In this document: positions 50,044-60,725 of the stretch, in pieces
How the letters are laid out: each line of letters starts with the position of its first letter
Numbering within the stretch: the stretch's first letter is position 1
Source of the DNA: Yuukianura sp. NJ FZ-2021
Lineage: Eukaryota
Assembly (NCBI GenBank): GCA_046563655.1
Contig: CM102285.1
Coordinates: 6,510,001 to 6,574,000 of the forward strand
Direction of reading: 5' to 3'
DNA length: 64,000 bases
The notes under the pieces: model-generated
What the model was told of the DNA's origin: nothing
Database searches by the model: none
What the model saw: the letters and a program-made list of their open reading frames with translations, nothing else
Program-made: the position numbers and the translations under genes

Positions 50044-51779
50044 TCCTTTTCTCGAAATTGTAGTGTCACCGTCACACTTCCAAATTGTAATGGCATTCTT
50101 TCACCACTTTCGTTTAATATATACACGTGCACTGTGTCGAATTCTGATAAGGCAAGCTCCATAAAATGAGGATGTATAAATTCATGATGTTGTTGTTCAC
50201 GATTGTTTCCACTGTAGGTTACCACACGAAGACAAGGGGCTAATCTATCTCCAATATACTGAGGTCTGACCAAATTACAATAAACAAATAATTTGGTATT
50301 TCCCGCTGTAAGGAATATAGGGTAAGCCCCTACACCTTCGCACTTATGAAGACCAGAGACCTTGACCGGAGATTCCGCTTCATCCTCACTGGGGGAGGAC
50401 TCTGCTTCAGTTGTCTTGTCAATTGAAGATTCCTCTGTAATTTCTTTGGAGGTTTTTCTTACTTCATGCAGTGGATTTTCCCCAGGTTTTACCAGTGGTT
50501 GATTTTCTTCGTGTATGGACACAGGTTTTGAGACTGGTTCAGTTTCCTCAAGATTAGATTGAACTGGCTTGTCGGGTTTAACTGGTCTAATTTCAGGAAT
50601 TTTCTCAGATGGAACTGGTTGAACTTCCTCAGCAGTTGGTCGAATTGCATTGCTAGTTTGCGAAAGGGCAATTGGTTCTCTCATTGACTTGTATATAGTT
50701 CCTTCCGGTAAATTGTAGTTGTATTCTTTAGCTTCTCGGAAAACCGTAGTTTGTGGAATTCCAAATAGTCGGTTAATTTCTGGTGTGAAGAAGGCTTGCA
50801 TTTTAGAAGTTCCTTTCCAAAGAATTCTCACGGTGTTTTGATTCATGAATATGTAGATGGGAATATCGCTACTTCTGCATATCTTGTTTATAGTGTTCAC
50901 CAGGTCTTCAATGTTGGCCACTGCGGAACTATGGACCTCGTATTTTTTTGATTTCCTCGGGCTTGAAAACAAGAAGGCGACAGATCCTTCATAATTATTG
51001 AGGTCTGTAACGTTGAATTCCCGTTCGGCTGTATAATCTTGAGTCAGCAGAAACTCATTTTCTGAGAAACCCAAGAGGTTGGCAAAATCCTTTGGATATA
51101 TTTCCACCTTTCTGTACTGTTGATTGTACATGCGCATGATGATTGTACCAGTCTTGCTCTCCAGTTGAATGCCATTGTGTAGTAACAATACATTCATCGG
51201 GGTGAAAAACCTAGAGAGCGAATTAGCTCGCACTTTATTGAATCCAGTTTTTGTACGTTTCGCTGCCTCAAAGAAATGAATTCCATTTCCATCTCGAATT
51301 TGGAGTTGTTGTGGTGCTTGATCATGTTGTATATATTGGCGATGTGATCGGCTACTTGTCAACTTCTCACTAGGCAAGCCCAACAAGTCCTTGATTTTTT
51401 CGGTCACTGTGATGACTTCTTTTGGGTTACTCAACTCGATGCTATATTCCAATACGTTGTTGTTGATTGAAAATGTCGAATTTGGAAGAGCAGTCCTGAG
51501 AACATCGAGCATTTCGTCCTGGGTTGTAACATCTGTTTTGCTTCGCAGATCAGTTTCAGTAACAGAGTTCAGCTCCCATCTTCTCGTAAACAGCAATTCG
51601 TCTTTACTTATAATGGCCAATCCAGCGGTGTAGCTAATGTCTGTCATAGCGACCTCCCATCGTCCAGGTGGGAGGGATATAAAAGTCCCAAGCCTATTTT
51701 TAAACTCTGGAATTGTATTGTCTTCATAAATCTTTGTTGACGCGTTTGACTGAAGAGTAACATAAAAGGATTGAACCAT
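50040..51779 (-). CDS. Minor capsid protein (penton, PX), extended 579 aa
   Basis: N-terminus SFYVTLQSNAS..NT..F..L....WEVAM and C-terminus LFVYCNLV..Q.IGD..APCLRVV...FDTVHVYI.NE.GE...F.SVTVTLQFR are the PX jelly-roll ends. Confidence 0.88.
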   Translation of the reverse strand: MVQSFYVTLQSNASTKIYEDNTIPEFKNRLGTFISLPPGRWEVAMTDISYTAGLAIISKDELLFTRRWELNSVTETDLRSKTDVTTQDEMLDVLRTALPNSTFSINNNVLEYSIELSNPKEVITVTEKIKDLLGLPSEKLTSSRSHRQYIQHDQAPQQLQIRDGNGIHFFEAAKRTKTGFNKVRANSLSRFFTPMNVLLLHNGIQLESKTGTIIMRMYNQQYRKVEIYPKDFANLLGFSENEFLLTQDYTAEREFNVTDLNNYEGSVAFLFSSPRKSKKYEVHSSAVANIEDLVNTINKICRSSDIPIYIFMNQNTVRILWKGTSKMQAFFTPEINRLFGIPQTTVFREAKEYNYNLPEGTIYKSMREPIALSQTSNAIRPTAEEVQPVPSEKIPEIRPVKPDKPVQSNLEETEPVSKPVSIHEENQPLVKPGENPLHEVRKTSKEITEESSIDKTTEAESSPSEDEAESPVKVSGLHKCEGVGAYPIFLTAGNTKLFVYCNLVRPQYIGDRLAPCLRVVTYSGNNREQQHHEFIHPHFMELALSEFDTVHVYILNESGERMPLQFGSVTVTLQFREKE

Positions 51780-51825
51780 GTTGACAACTTGAACACGACT
51801 GATGATTTATTACAGTGTTTCGTAA

Positions 51826-52563
51826 TTATATAGACAACCACCGTCCACCGTTTTGCCGTACTCGTTTCATTGCTGGTGTGTCATCTAGTACAGCGGCATT
51901 CATGTTGAGACTTCGACGTAGTCTTCGCTTCATGTTAACTTATTGAGAGCGATGAAGTGGTTCTGTAGGTACAGGAGAGAACGAATGTGCCGGTGTAGTG
52001 TACTCCTCTGTAGTCGGTGTAGTTTCTCCTTTTTCAAGTTCCAGATACGCACGCATTTCTCTTGGAATATTCTCCACGGTGGACAGAATAACATCTACAG
52101 CATCCTCCATTCCAAAGGGTGTAATGTATTGTGAACTGTCTTCAATTTTGATAATGTGTTGTAAGATTTGGATTATGCTCGATCCTGGATATCTCACTCC
52201 ATCAATGATAATTTCAAACTTCTCGTTGTATTTAATACGGGCTAACTTCATAAGATTTAAAATTTTCTCTGTGATATTTCTGTATGATTCTCCAACTTCT
52301 TTGAGGATATACGGTTTTGATAGTTCCAGAAAAATGTCATCTTCGCTCGAACTAGCGCTTGACACCTTTGTTACATCCTTAACAAGAAGAGGCTTCTGAC
52401 TGTCAGCTTTAGCTGTTTGGAGTTGTCGCCGCAATTGATCCAGATAAAAAAGATTTTTGATCTCCGTAGGAACATCAGTCGCTAGTATTTCTCCCAGTTT
52501 TGTCTTAGGACTTCCTTTCCACTGCAGATATTCAGCCTCAGGTATTAACCGCATACGACGCAT
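51826..52563 (-). CDS. Conserved Polinton protein (MRRMRLIP...IDG..YPGSSI), probable premature stop at 51940
   Basis: Motifs match a common Polinton accessory ORF. The frame continues past TAA to ...RQNGGRWLSI*. Confidence 0.65.
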
Positions 52564-52564
52564 A

Positions 52565-52900
52565 TTACTGGTTCAGGAGTTTCTTCTTCACGAGCGAGAA
52601 AGCTGCCGGCATTAGCGAACCAAGTATGAGAGGTAAAATAGCTTCTCCTCTCTGGCTCAAGAGCTTTCGTTTAAGATCCACTGATAAGCTCGGCTTTTTG
52701 CCTATCGTCCGTATCGGTCTTTCAAACTTCATTAACTTTTCCAGGACGGATGGCGTGACCGGAACGTTCTTTCGATACACGTTGTAGATGAGTTCACAAA
52801 TGCTGACAAGTTCCTCTGGGCTAGCGGTTTGTAAAAGAGCCTTTCTCTGCTTTGGTCCACACTTTGCTAAATATTTTAGAAAGTGTTTATTCGAGAGCAT
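52565..52900 (-). CDS. Conserved small basic Polinton protein (putative core protein)
   Basis: L..L....PKQRKALL..A....L..ICE..YN....VP and KRKLLSQRG..LP.IL pattern. Confidence 0.75.
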   Translation of the reverse strand: MLSNKHFLKYLAKCGPKQRKALLQTASPEELVSICELIYNVYRKNVPVTPSVLEKLMKFERPIRTIGKKPSLSVDLKRKLLSQRGEAILPLILGSLMPAAFSLVKKKLLNQ

Positions 52901-52938
52901 CCGGCTAGGCGTGGTGACGCATTACCGACTAGATTACG

Positions 52939-53000
52939 ACTGACTGTACAATTTAATAGCTCGGGTATATAAAGAAATTTCTCAGTCTCACTTGGTCAGT
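52939..53000. promoter_or_regulatory. Bidirectional TATA + TCAGT initiator promoter
   Basis: TATATAAA at 52966, with TCAGT 30 bp downstream on + (52996) and 28 bp downstream on - (52943), between divergent ORFs. Confidence 0.65.
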
Positions 53001-53003
53001 CGA

Positions 53004-53441
53004 ATGGGTTGCATTGCTAGCTTTGGATCCTATTTGTGTTCTCTGCTGAAAAACAACAGTGAGTTTTCGGTTTGTCAAAACTGCTCCTTCAATGTCGAAA
53101 TAAACAAAATGGAAGACGAAAATGGTCAAGACGCAATTGGGGAGGACGTGTATCAGGACGTGTTGGATATCATGCAAAAAAAGAAGAAGAAGAACGATAT
53201 TGTGAGCACGCCAACCGTGCTTCACGTTCAACGTTCAGCTCGAGGGTCGCCCCCGAAGCCCCAAATCCTGATGGATGGAGGATGGTCAATTTCCTTTGGT
53301 GATGAAGTGGGAATTGTCTCGTCCAGCCCTACCCACATTCACATTAGGAATATTGAAGACTCAAGTATTGGAATCGCAATGAAGATTGATTTATTCGGCT
53401 GCTTGTTGCATAGTATGTTAGAACTTAAAACGTACTACTAA
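53004..53441 (+). CDS. Hypothetical Polinton protein
   Basis: ORF directly downstream of TATATAAA + TCAGT. Stop overlaps the ATPase stop. No recognised motif. Confidence 0.5.
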   Translation: MGCIASFGSYLCSLLKNNSEFSVCQNCSFNVEINKMEDENGQDAIGEDVYQDVLDIMQKKKKKNDIVSTPTVLHVQRSARGSPPKPQILMDGGWSISFGDEVGIVSSSPTHIHIRNIEDSSIGIAMKIDLFGCLLHSMLELKTYY

Positions 53442-54082
53442 TACAATTTCGAAGTTGAATAAACACTACACAATTCTGGAAATATATTTGAACGGATTCG
53501 ATGATCGTCATTCTGTTGTTGAGACATGTCCAAATGTATGTAGCTGTTCGGTTTATTCCTTGTGAGTTCTTCATAGACCGTTCGCAAAATTCCCTCCTTT
53601 CCTCCATTCATCTGACGACTTGGGTTGATTATGCTCGTGTCTCTTGGATTCCGGAATAGCGTTATGTACTTGCTGTAGAGAGTGAGCGTTCGACAATTCT
53701 TGTAGAAAAAGTTTTGGAGTGTAATTATAATGGACATCGATCTATGGCTGGATCCTCTGGTGCACATTGAGCAAACGTCTTTGGATTGTGAGGCCTCCTC
53801 CATAAAGTCGTCCAAAATCACTAATGTTGGAATGGTGTTTCCTTCAGGTACATCAACGAGTAGACCTTTTTGAAAGTGTATTGCATCTCTCAATGCAGCC
53901 TTTAACTCTTCTGCAAAAGGAGGCTCATCTTCATTGTAGCAATACAACACTCGTTCAATGTGAGGATAAATTATTTCATCCTTTCGTAGTATCAAGTCCT
54001 TTATCAGGGTGCTCTTTCCGCACTGTGTAGGACCAGCGCAAGTCATTACAAATGGGTGGTGTAGACGATAGTCATATTCCAT
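53438..54082 (-). CDS. A32/FtsK-like genome packaging ATPase
   Basis: Walker A GPTQCGKS, Walker B LVILDD, R..SHRSMSIIITLQNFF and FRNPRD. Confidence 0.93.
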   Translation of the reverse strand: MEYDYRLHHPFVMTCAGPTQCGKSTLIKDLILRKDEIIYPHIERVLYCYNEDEPPFAEELKAALRDAIHFQKGLLVDVPEGNTIPTLVILDDFMEEASQSKDVCSMCTRGSSHRSMSIIITLQNFFYKNCRTLTLYSKYITLFRNPRDTSIINPSRQMNGGKEGILRTVYEELTRNKPNSYIHLDMSQQQNDDHRIRSNIFPELCSVYSTSKLY

Positions 54083-54145
54083 CTCGAAGGCTGGATGACA
54101 ACTGAATATAATAGTCGGAAGAGTCAGAATTTATTCAGTTTGAAA

Positions 54146-55061
54146 ATGGCAAGCAACATAGCAACACGTTGGACGAGCTTGAAAAATCCTGGGAGCTTTA
54201 GCGGCGTGTCAAATTTTAATCCAAAAGGTTTCAAGGACAAAGTGAGACATGAGCTGAAGAAGATTCCTGCGTATACTCTACATCACCCAGTCATACGGCG
54301 GTTTCCACGGAGGAAGGTGATGGTTAGCGGGATAACACGAACAATACTCTATGGATTTAAAGGACATCCGGAAACATTCAACAGCCAACTTTAAGAAAAA
54401 ATATCTTCTGGTTGTTATAGACGTATTTTCAAAGAAAGGCTGGATTGAAGCCATACCACGGAAAACTGGCGTTATTGTCACCAATGCCTTGAAGGAGATA
54501 TTTCAACGAAGCGGCTCTCTTCCGAAGAGAATCAGTGTCGATGAAGGAACAGAATTTCTGAACCAGACTATGAAAAATTATTTGAAGAAGAAAGGAATCG
54601 ACTTGTTTTGGACACATTCCCCTCTCAAAAGTGTTGTGATAGAACGATTTATTCGAACCCTGTTTTCAAAGATTCAGCGTTACATGACACATAACAACAC
54701 AAAGAGATGTGTCAACAGGCTTCATGATTTTGAAAAGCTATACAATAACACTTATTATAGAAGTAGAAAGATGGCACCGAACAATGTCACTAAAGATAAT
54801 GAACAACTAGTACATAGTTATCTGTATCCTGAAAAGCCAGTGGATCACACGCCGCCTAAATTTTCCGTTGGAGATAGGGTTTTAGCGGCTAGGAAAAAGA
54901 AGACATTTGAGAAGGGTTATTCACCCAACTATTATGATGAAGTTTATACAATTGTAAAAATTCGAGAAACAATTCCTAGAGTTTACATGTTAGAAGATCC
55001 TGAAGGCGTGCCAATCTTAGGAGGATGGTATGAAAATCAACTTGTCAAAATAAATTATTAA
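54146..55061 (+). pseudogene. Retroviral-like (rve) integrase of the Polinton, one frameshift near 54335
   Basis: PGSFSG, YTLHHP..RRFPRR, then MDL..YLLVVIDVFSK, SVDEGTEF, VIERFIRTL, FSVGDRV and FEKGY..GWYENQL. Confidence 0.92.
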
Positions 55062-58000
55062 ATGTCTCTATGTCCAAATGCTAATGTGTTAATTCTATCA
55101 ATACCATATCGTTTAGTATCTAAACCGTTTAGCGCCCTTTTTAACGTTACTTCTGTGAAAATTCTATGTTCTACACTTCGAAACCCTCTCATCCATACAC
55201 GAGTTTGAACATCTTTCTTGAGGACTTTCTCAAAATCTTCATAAGCTATTTGGTTGTTGACAGCTGTTTTAGTTATCCCTTTGACCTTCTTCGTGTATTC
55301 GTCTTTGATGAACCAGCTACCATCAGTCTTCTCTTGGTAAATATTTTTTCCATCAAATCCTTTGTAAACTTGTAGCTTTAAGGATCTAATTGTGTACATT
55401 TTTGGACGTGGACAAACGACATGAGTGACTACCGAACCGGCAGCCTCATCTTTGAATTTTCCCAAAACTTTTTTGTTTGTGGGATCGTGAAACTCTCCGA
55501 AAATGGGGTGATCGGATTCATATTCGCTCATGTCATACAAGTCCTTGTCTTGGCGCATGTCTTGATAAACGTCATCAGTTTGGATGTGATAGATGAAGGA
55601 ATCTGAAATAAAAACTTAGCTTTAGTTTAAAGTTAAATTGTTGAACAGTATAACATTTACCTGTGTCAGTATAAATAAGGCGACACTTGTCGACGCCGTA
55701 TTTCGCCTGTATAGTGTAGTGATGTCGATACATCATGCTCTTTGCCAGTTCAAGCACTGTTACCCCCGTAAATATCGGTTTGTTCAAAGTAACTTGAAGC
55801 CTCTTCATCATAAAGATGCATGTTGACTCGTTAATTGGGATGACATTCTGAACGGTGGGTTTCTTGTTGTAACGTAGAGCTTCTTCCATTGATGTAACGA
55901 TACGGACATTCTGACGCTTGCGTACTTGGTCGATTGTTTTACCAAATGCAGAATTGTTGAGGAGTTTCCAATAATCCTTTTCAAAGTCTGACTTTGCCTT
56001 TTTTCTCATTTTGGTGTTAAAGTCGATAAAGTCCTTCATCCATGGTCTCTGCTTGAAGGAAATTCCGCGGTGAAGTTTTGTAACTTTAACTCCAAGCATC
56101 AGGTACTCCATCAAAATGGCGTGATGTAGAATATAGTTTTTCTTATTGTTTAGATCTGCCACAAGTTTCTTAACTTTGAAAATTCCAGGACCTATGTCGA
56201 GTTTTTCCGTCAATTGTAATTGGTGACTGGACAGCTCGCTCTGTGCAACCGTACGGTTAACTGGAGCTGGAGGAAAATCATTCAGCTTGTCATGCAATAA
56301 AGGGTCAATTTCCAAATCCACTTCAAGCATGTATCCTTTTTCATCGTCCATGATGAAGTGGTTTTCTTGAAGTCTCCTCAGCTCTTTCTCTGTTAGCCAT
56401 TGGAACTGACCAGTTGGAAGCGGAAGACTCATGCTTTTGCCCTAGTGAATAATTAAATTTTAGATAATAATCTTTCATAGACGTTGTTGAATACTTACAT
56501 ATAAGTTGTTGGCATCGATGTAGATGAGGTAACTGGATTCCTTTTCTGGATCGTATTCATCTCCCATGTACTTGTTGTTCGCTCTAGCCTCTCGCATGGA
56601 TCCAACGCTAACGTATCCACCTATAAATAAAATGAATTAGAAAGTCTCTACCATTTGTCTGCTAGGTTTTACCTCTAATAGCATGCTCCAGCCAGCAATG
56701 CATGGTTGGATCCGTGATTAGCTCCAATTCCACTCCTGATTTCTTGAGAACGCAATCCATTGCCATCTTTGGCAAAGAGAAGTAATGGGCCAGGTCCAAT
56801 TCGTAAGCATCAAACATTATTTTTCGGATTCCTTCCATCACATCAGCCAGAAGCGATACCTCTAGTCTGACGTATAAGTCATGCCAATCTCCCATGTCTT
56901 GAATGTTGAAGTTCTTCCAGACTTTTTGAGCGTGCTCGTACAATTTATCATCAATGTGTGACTCTGTCAAGTCATTGTAGAAATCTTCTTTTGGTGGTAG
57001 ATTTTTGATTTTGAAATCTTTACAAGACTTCATGAGAGAATAAGGGTAAACACCCTTATTGAAGAGAAGCTCAATGTCATCGTATTGTGCAAACTCCTGT
57101 CTTGTGATTGGAAATTTGGCATTGGGATCAGCTCGCATCACTTTCACTAATTTGTCCAAGGATTTCAGTGTAAATCCAAGACTGTCTGTAAACCTCAGCT
57201 TGAAGGGCTTTTTCTGCCAGCGAGGTGGTTCTTCGTCCTCATCGACATCATCGTGGTTTGCGGGAACGATACTCATGGACATATATTTTTCACTGCTCTT
57301 AGGGATAAAAGTGATGTCCTTGATGATACCGTCCTGCTTTAGCTTTCCAGCAGATTGCACAATGAAGTGAACGTCATAGGATGAAAAGTTGTGCATGAAG
57401 ACGGGAGACTCCTTTTGATTTGTGCTTGGAGGTTGCAGTCTTGATGAGCCATTCCGATATAGTTGAACGGTGGAAGATGTGAATGGTGTCGCACTTTAGT
57501 CCCATCCAATGTCTTCCTGCAGAAACAACAATTTTTTTCCATTGCAGCAGCACTTCTTTGTGCTGGAGTCAGATTAAGCATATCTGGTGCAATTTTTTCA
57601 TAGTAACGCACTTCCTCTTCCAGTGTTTTGGAGTACTCAGTAATGTTTTGAATAAATTTGGCGGCAACGTCTTCGTCATCGTTAGTGATATGATAATATT
57701 CACCATGTCGTCGTTTTCCATTGAAGTCTACGCAAACCCATGCATATCCACATGGCTTGTGTCGGTGAGTGCAACACTTATTTACAGGTTGAACTGGTCT
57801 TCCACGTATTTGTTCTTTGAGTTGTCGGCGCTCCTCCTCTTCTATAGTTGATGGATTAAATTTTGGCAGAAAAGCTTCGAAGTCTGCGTAGAATCGAAAT
57901 GGTGCTGGCTGAGTTCTATCCCACTTGTTGAACGCCAATTTGTTGTCTGTAGGATATACAACTTTTTGAAGATCCAAGGAAGCGCAATACTGGAGGTGTT

Positions 58001-59274
58001 GTTGTAGAGTCTGAGATGATTGGAAATTGGAGAGACAGTTGCGGCAAATATGCTTGACTTTGTGATCATTTGGGGCTCTCATTAATGCCTCGAAGTTCCT
58101 AATAAGAATGAAGTGGGCATTGTTTTCTTGCATTAGACACATCAAGTCCACATGTATTTCCTTTGACTGTTGTGAGTTGTACAGTATTGAGATCTTGCTC
58201 TGTATAAAATTGAATGATTCAATTTTGCTCAGCTTCTGAAAACCCATGTCATCACCATCCATGTCATAACAGAGAACAGTTATAGAAATGTTCGGGTTGA
58301 GTTCTTCAAAGCGAGGGATCTGCTCCAAAGTCATCGGAAAATGGAGTCCTTTAGTGTTCAACTTGCATTCCTTTGGGTGGTATGTTTTCACAAGCTTGTC
58401 AATACGGCACCTATGGTTATTTTTTCCAACCGGAATACCACCGATTTTGTCATGCGCGAGTATTGACCAGACGAAGCATTTGTTGTGGGAATTGTCCATT
58501 GACACTTTGCTGTTGTTGATGTTAAGCAGAACTTTTTGAGTCGATAGTGGGTACGGGGTCTCCATGTATGTACCAATCTTGGTGAATCGATACTTTGATG
58601 TGACAAATCCAAATTTCTGAATGGAGTCCAGAGTCCAGCCGCTGCCCTCATTTGTGAAATCTTCAATTTGATCTGACATTTGACTGCACATGACTGACCA
58701 AACTTTAGGTAGCATGGTTGCATTGAAGACAAGGTGTCGAAATGAGGTGAATCCGACATCCTTTGATTCAACCGTTCCATCTGCGTGCGTTTTGGTGAAG
58801 TGACACCCCAAGGTAAAAAATATCCTTAAGTTCTTCATAGGATGATTGCTTAACATTTGCGAAAAAGTCTCTCTCGTCGACACCTTCACCACATGGAAAT
58901 GTATCAAAGTCTGCCATGTACTTGCGACTCATTTTTAGAGATTCCAGCACTAAAGTCACAGATATGGGATCGGTTGAAATTCCTCCGCCAACTTGAATGT
59001 TAAAGTCTGGATGAGTTGTGTAGAAATGTTCTTGAAGCTTATTCCGACAATTAAAGGAAATTCCGCATTGCCAGCAGAACAAATGGCGATATTCTTGTAG
59101 CGTACTCTCAGCTGTGGCATCACAACCTGGTGGTGCTGGTTCAAAACAGTTCTTATGGACAGTGTCAACATGTAGTTTTAATAATGGTCGAGAGGTAAAT
59201 CCATGACCGCACAGAATGCAGTTAAAGAGTTTACTAGGTCGACCAACAATTGATGTTCCTTGGCGCTTCGACAT
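55058..59274 (-). pseudogene. Protein-primed family B DNA polymerase with three spliceosomal introns and two frameshifts
   Basis: Exons 59274-56673, 56620-56499, 56441-55661, 55602-55058. N-terminal C2H2 fingers, EGSGW, exonuclease YADFE / HNFSSYD / KGVYPY, endonuclease-VII-like CxxC..RHH..AHxxCN insert, IRGG, DANNLYG, KLLNNSAFGK, YTDTDS. Frameshifts near 58850 and 57405. Confidence 0.95.
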
Positions 59275-60725
59275 TATGACAATAGCAAGTGTTTAGGACA
59301 ATAAGGATCTTAGGAGTGTTGAGGAGTTGTGTAAAGACTGAAAGTCTCCGTAAAAGTTGGTGGTATTATATCTCTAGTCGGAGCCGACCCCCAAAGCTGA
59401 CCCCCTAAAAGACTGGGTGAAGGTATAGCCGTTTTCCTTCCTTTGTGTTCCTCCTCCCCAACGGACAAAGGTGCTAATTAGTGTTAATTAATGTTCACAG
59501 GAAGAGTTAATTAGTTTTGGAAGTCTTAATTGGTCTTGAACGGAAGTGTTAATTAGTCTTAATTAATGTTCATGCTGGTCCCAGGAAGCATTAATTAGTC
59601 TTAATTAATCTGAAAGAACCCGCCCACGTCCACCCGGTACATCAACCTCTGGTTCCTGGAGGAACAGCTCATCCACAACTTAATCCCCCGTCCTCCAAAA
59701 CACTATTCCGGCATCTAATTCACACGAAACTCATCAACTCTTAATTCTCCGGTATTCCAATTCCACCGCTAAAATAACTAGTGCTACCTCCCGTATTTCT
59801 CCTCCGTGATCAACTGGTGAAACCAAACTAAAATACACTCGATTAAAATACCTATTTTAACCTTTCATTCACCCTCATACACAAGTACAACCCAGTTTTT
59901 CTACGCTAAGTTTTAAGTTCCAACTAGTATTACCTTACCAATTACCGATTACTATAAGTTCAGCTCGAAACAAAGTGTAACTTGATAGGGCAATTGCCAA
60001 TGTCAAATAAACTAATTGATTGATTGATTAATTAATTTGACTTGTAGGATCTCACGCCAGTGGGTTTTAAACCTTATGGGTCCAAAGGTTGATTTGGCGT
60101 GAAAGTCCCCTCTATCTACCTACTGCTCCTCCGTCACTGTCAAATGGTCAACTGCAGAGAGGTCAACCAGGTCAGATCGGCAGACCAGCGATTGGTGCTA
60201 GGCCAGTGATTGGCCCTGCCAGTGATTGGCATTGTTGTAGCCAGTGATTGGCTTTGGTTTGGCCAGTGATTGGCCGGGAGCCTGCGATAGGCTTTTCCCT
60301 TCCCCCGGATCGGCGTTGGGTTAGTGTATGGCCCTTCAGGCCCTTTCGTTTAGCCCAAAGGGCTTAGTTAGTGGTTAGTATGTGAGAGAGCTACGATTCA
60401 ATAAATCGTAGCCCAAGAGATCATCGGTTTTTGCTCGTTTTTGTTTCATTTATTCATTGTGGGATTGAGCAGTGCGGAGAGGCACTGCTCAAGCCTCATA
60501 TCTGGTGCCCCGAGCCTTAACTGCCCCTTCAGATTCATGAGCATTTTAGTAAAATGGATGATTGATCACAGATCAATCATCGATTTTTGTAAAAATACCG
60601 CAAAAATCGGTTCGGATGCCGATCACTGGGTAGCGGAAGGCATGGTTTTCCCATTTTGTTCATAAGCAAGTGCAAAGTTCGGTTTTGCGCATTTGTGGTA
60701 AACACGTATTTTTGATTTCTCCTTT

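Larger units (their letters stand above)
46257..60124. mobile_element. Polinton/Maverick (adintovirus-like endogenous virus), full length, 13.9 kb
   Basis: TIRs AGTAGGTAGATAGAGGGGACTTTCACGCC... (46257-~46335) and inverse 60047-60124, with 5-bp TSD GCTCC. Encodes pPolB, integrase, packaging ATPase, protease, and major and minor capsid proteins. Confidence 0.97.
46058..60510 (+). mobile_element. Gypsy-like LTR (~570 bp; 46058-46256 + 60130-60498) interrupted by the Polinton
   Basis: TGAGG...CCTCA termini, AATAAA at ~60400, followed by PBS-like (tatc)TGGTGCCCCG. Confidence 0.65.

Noticed and set aside
57400..58900. Frame breaks in pPolB near 57405 and 58850 as further introns or programmed frameshifts
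   Set aside because: No GT-AG segment or inserted sequence is evident. They look like small deletions (one in a C-run) or sequencing errors.
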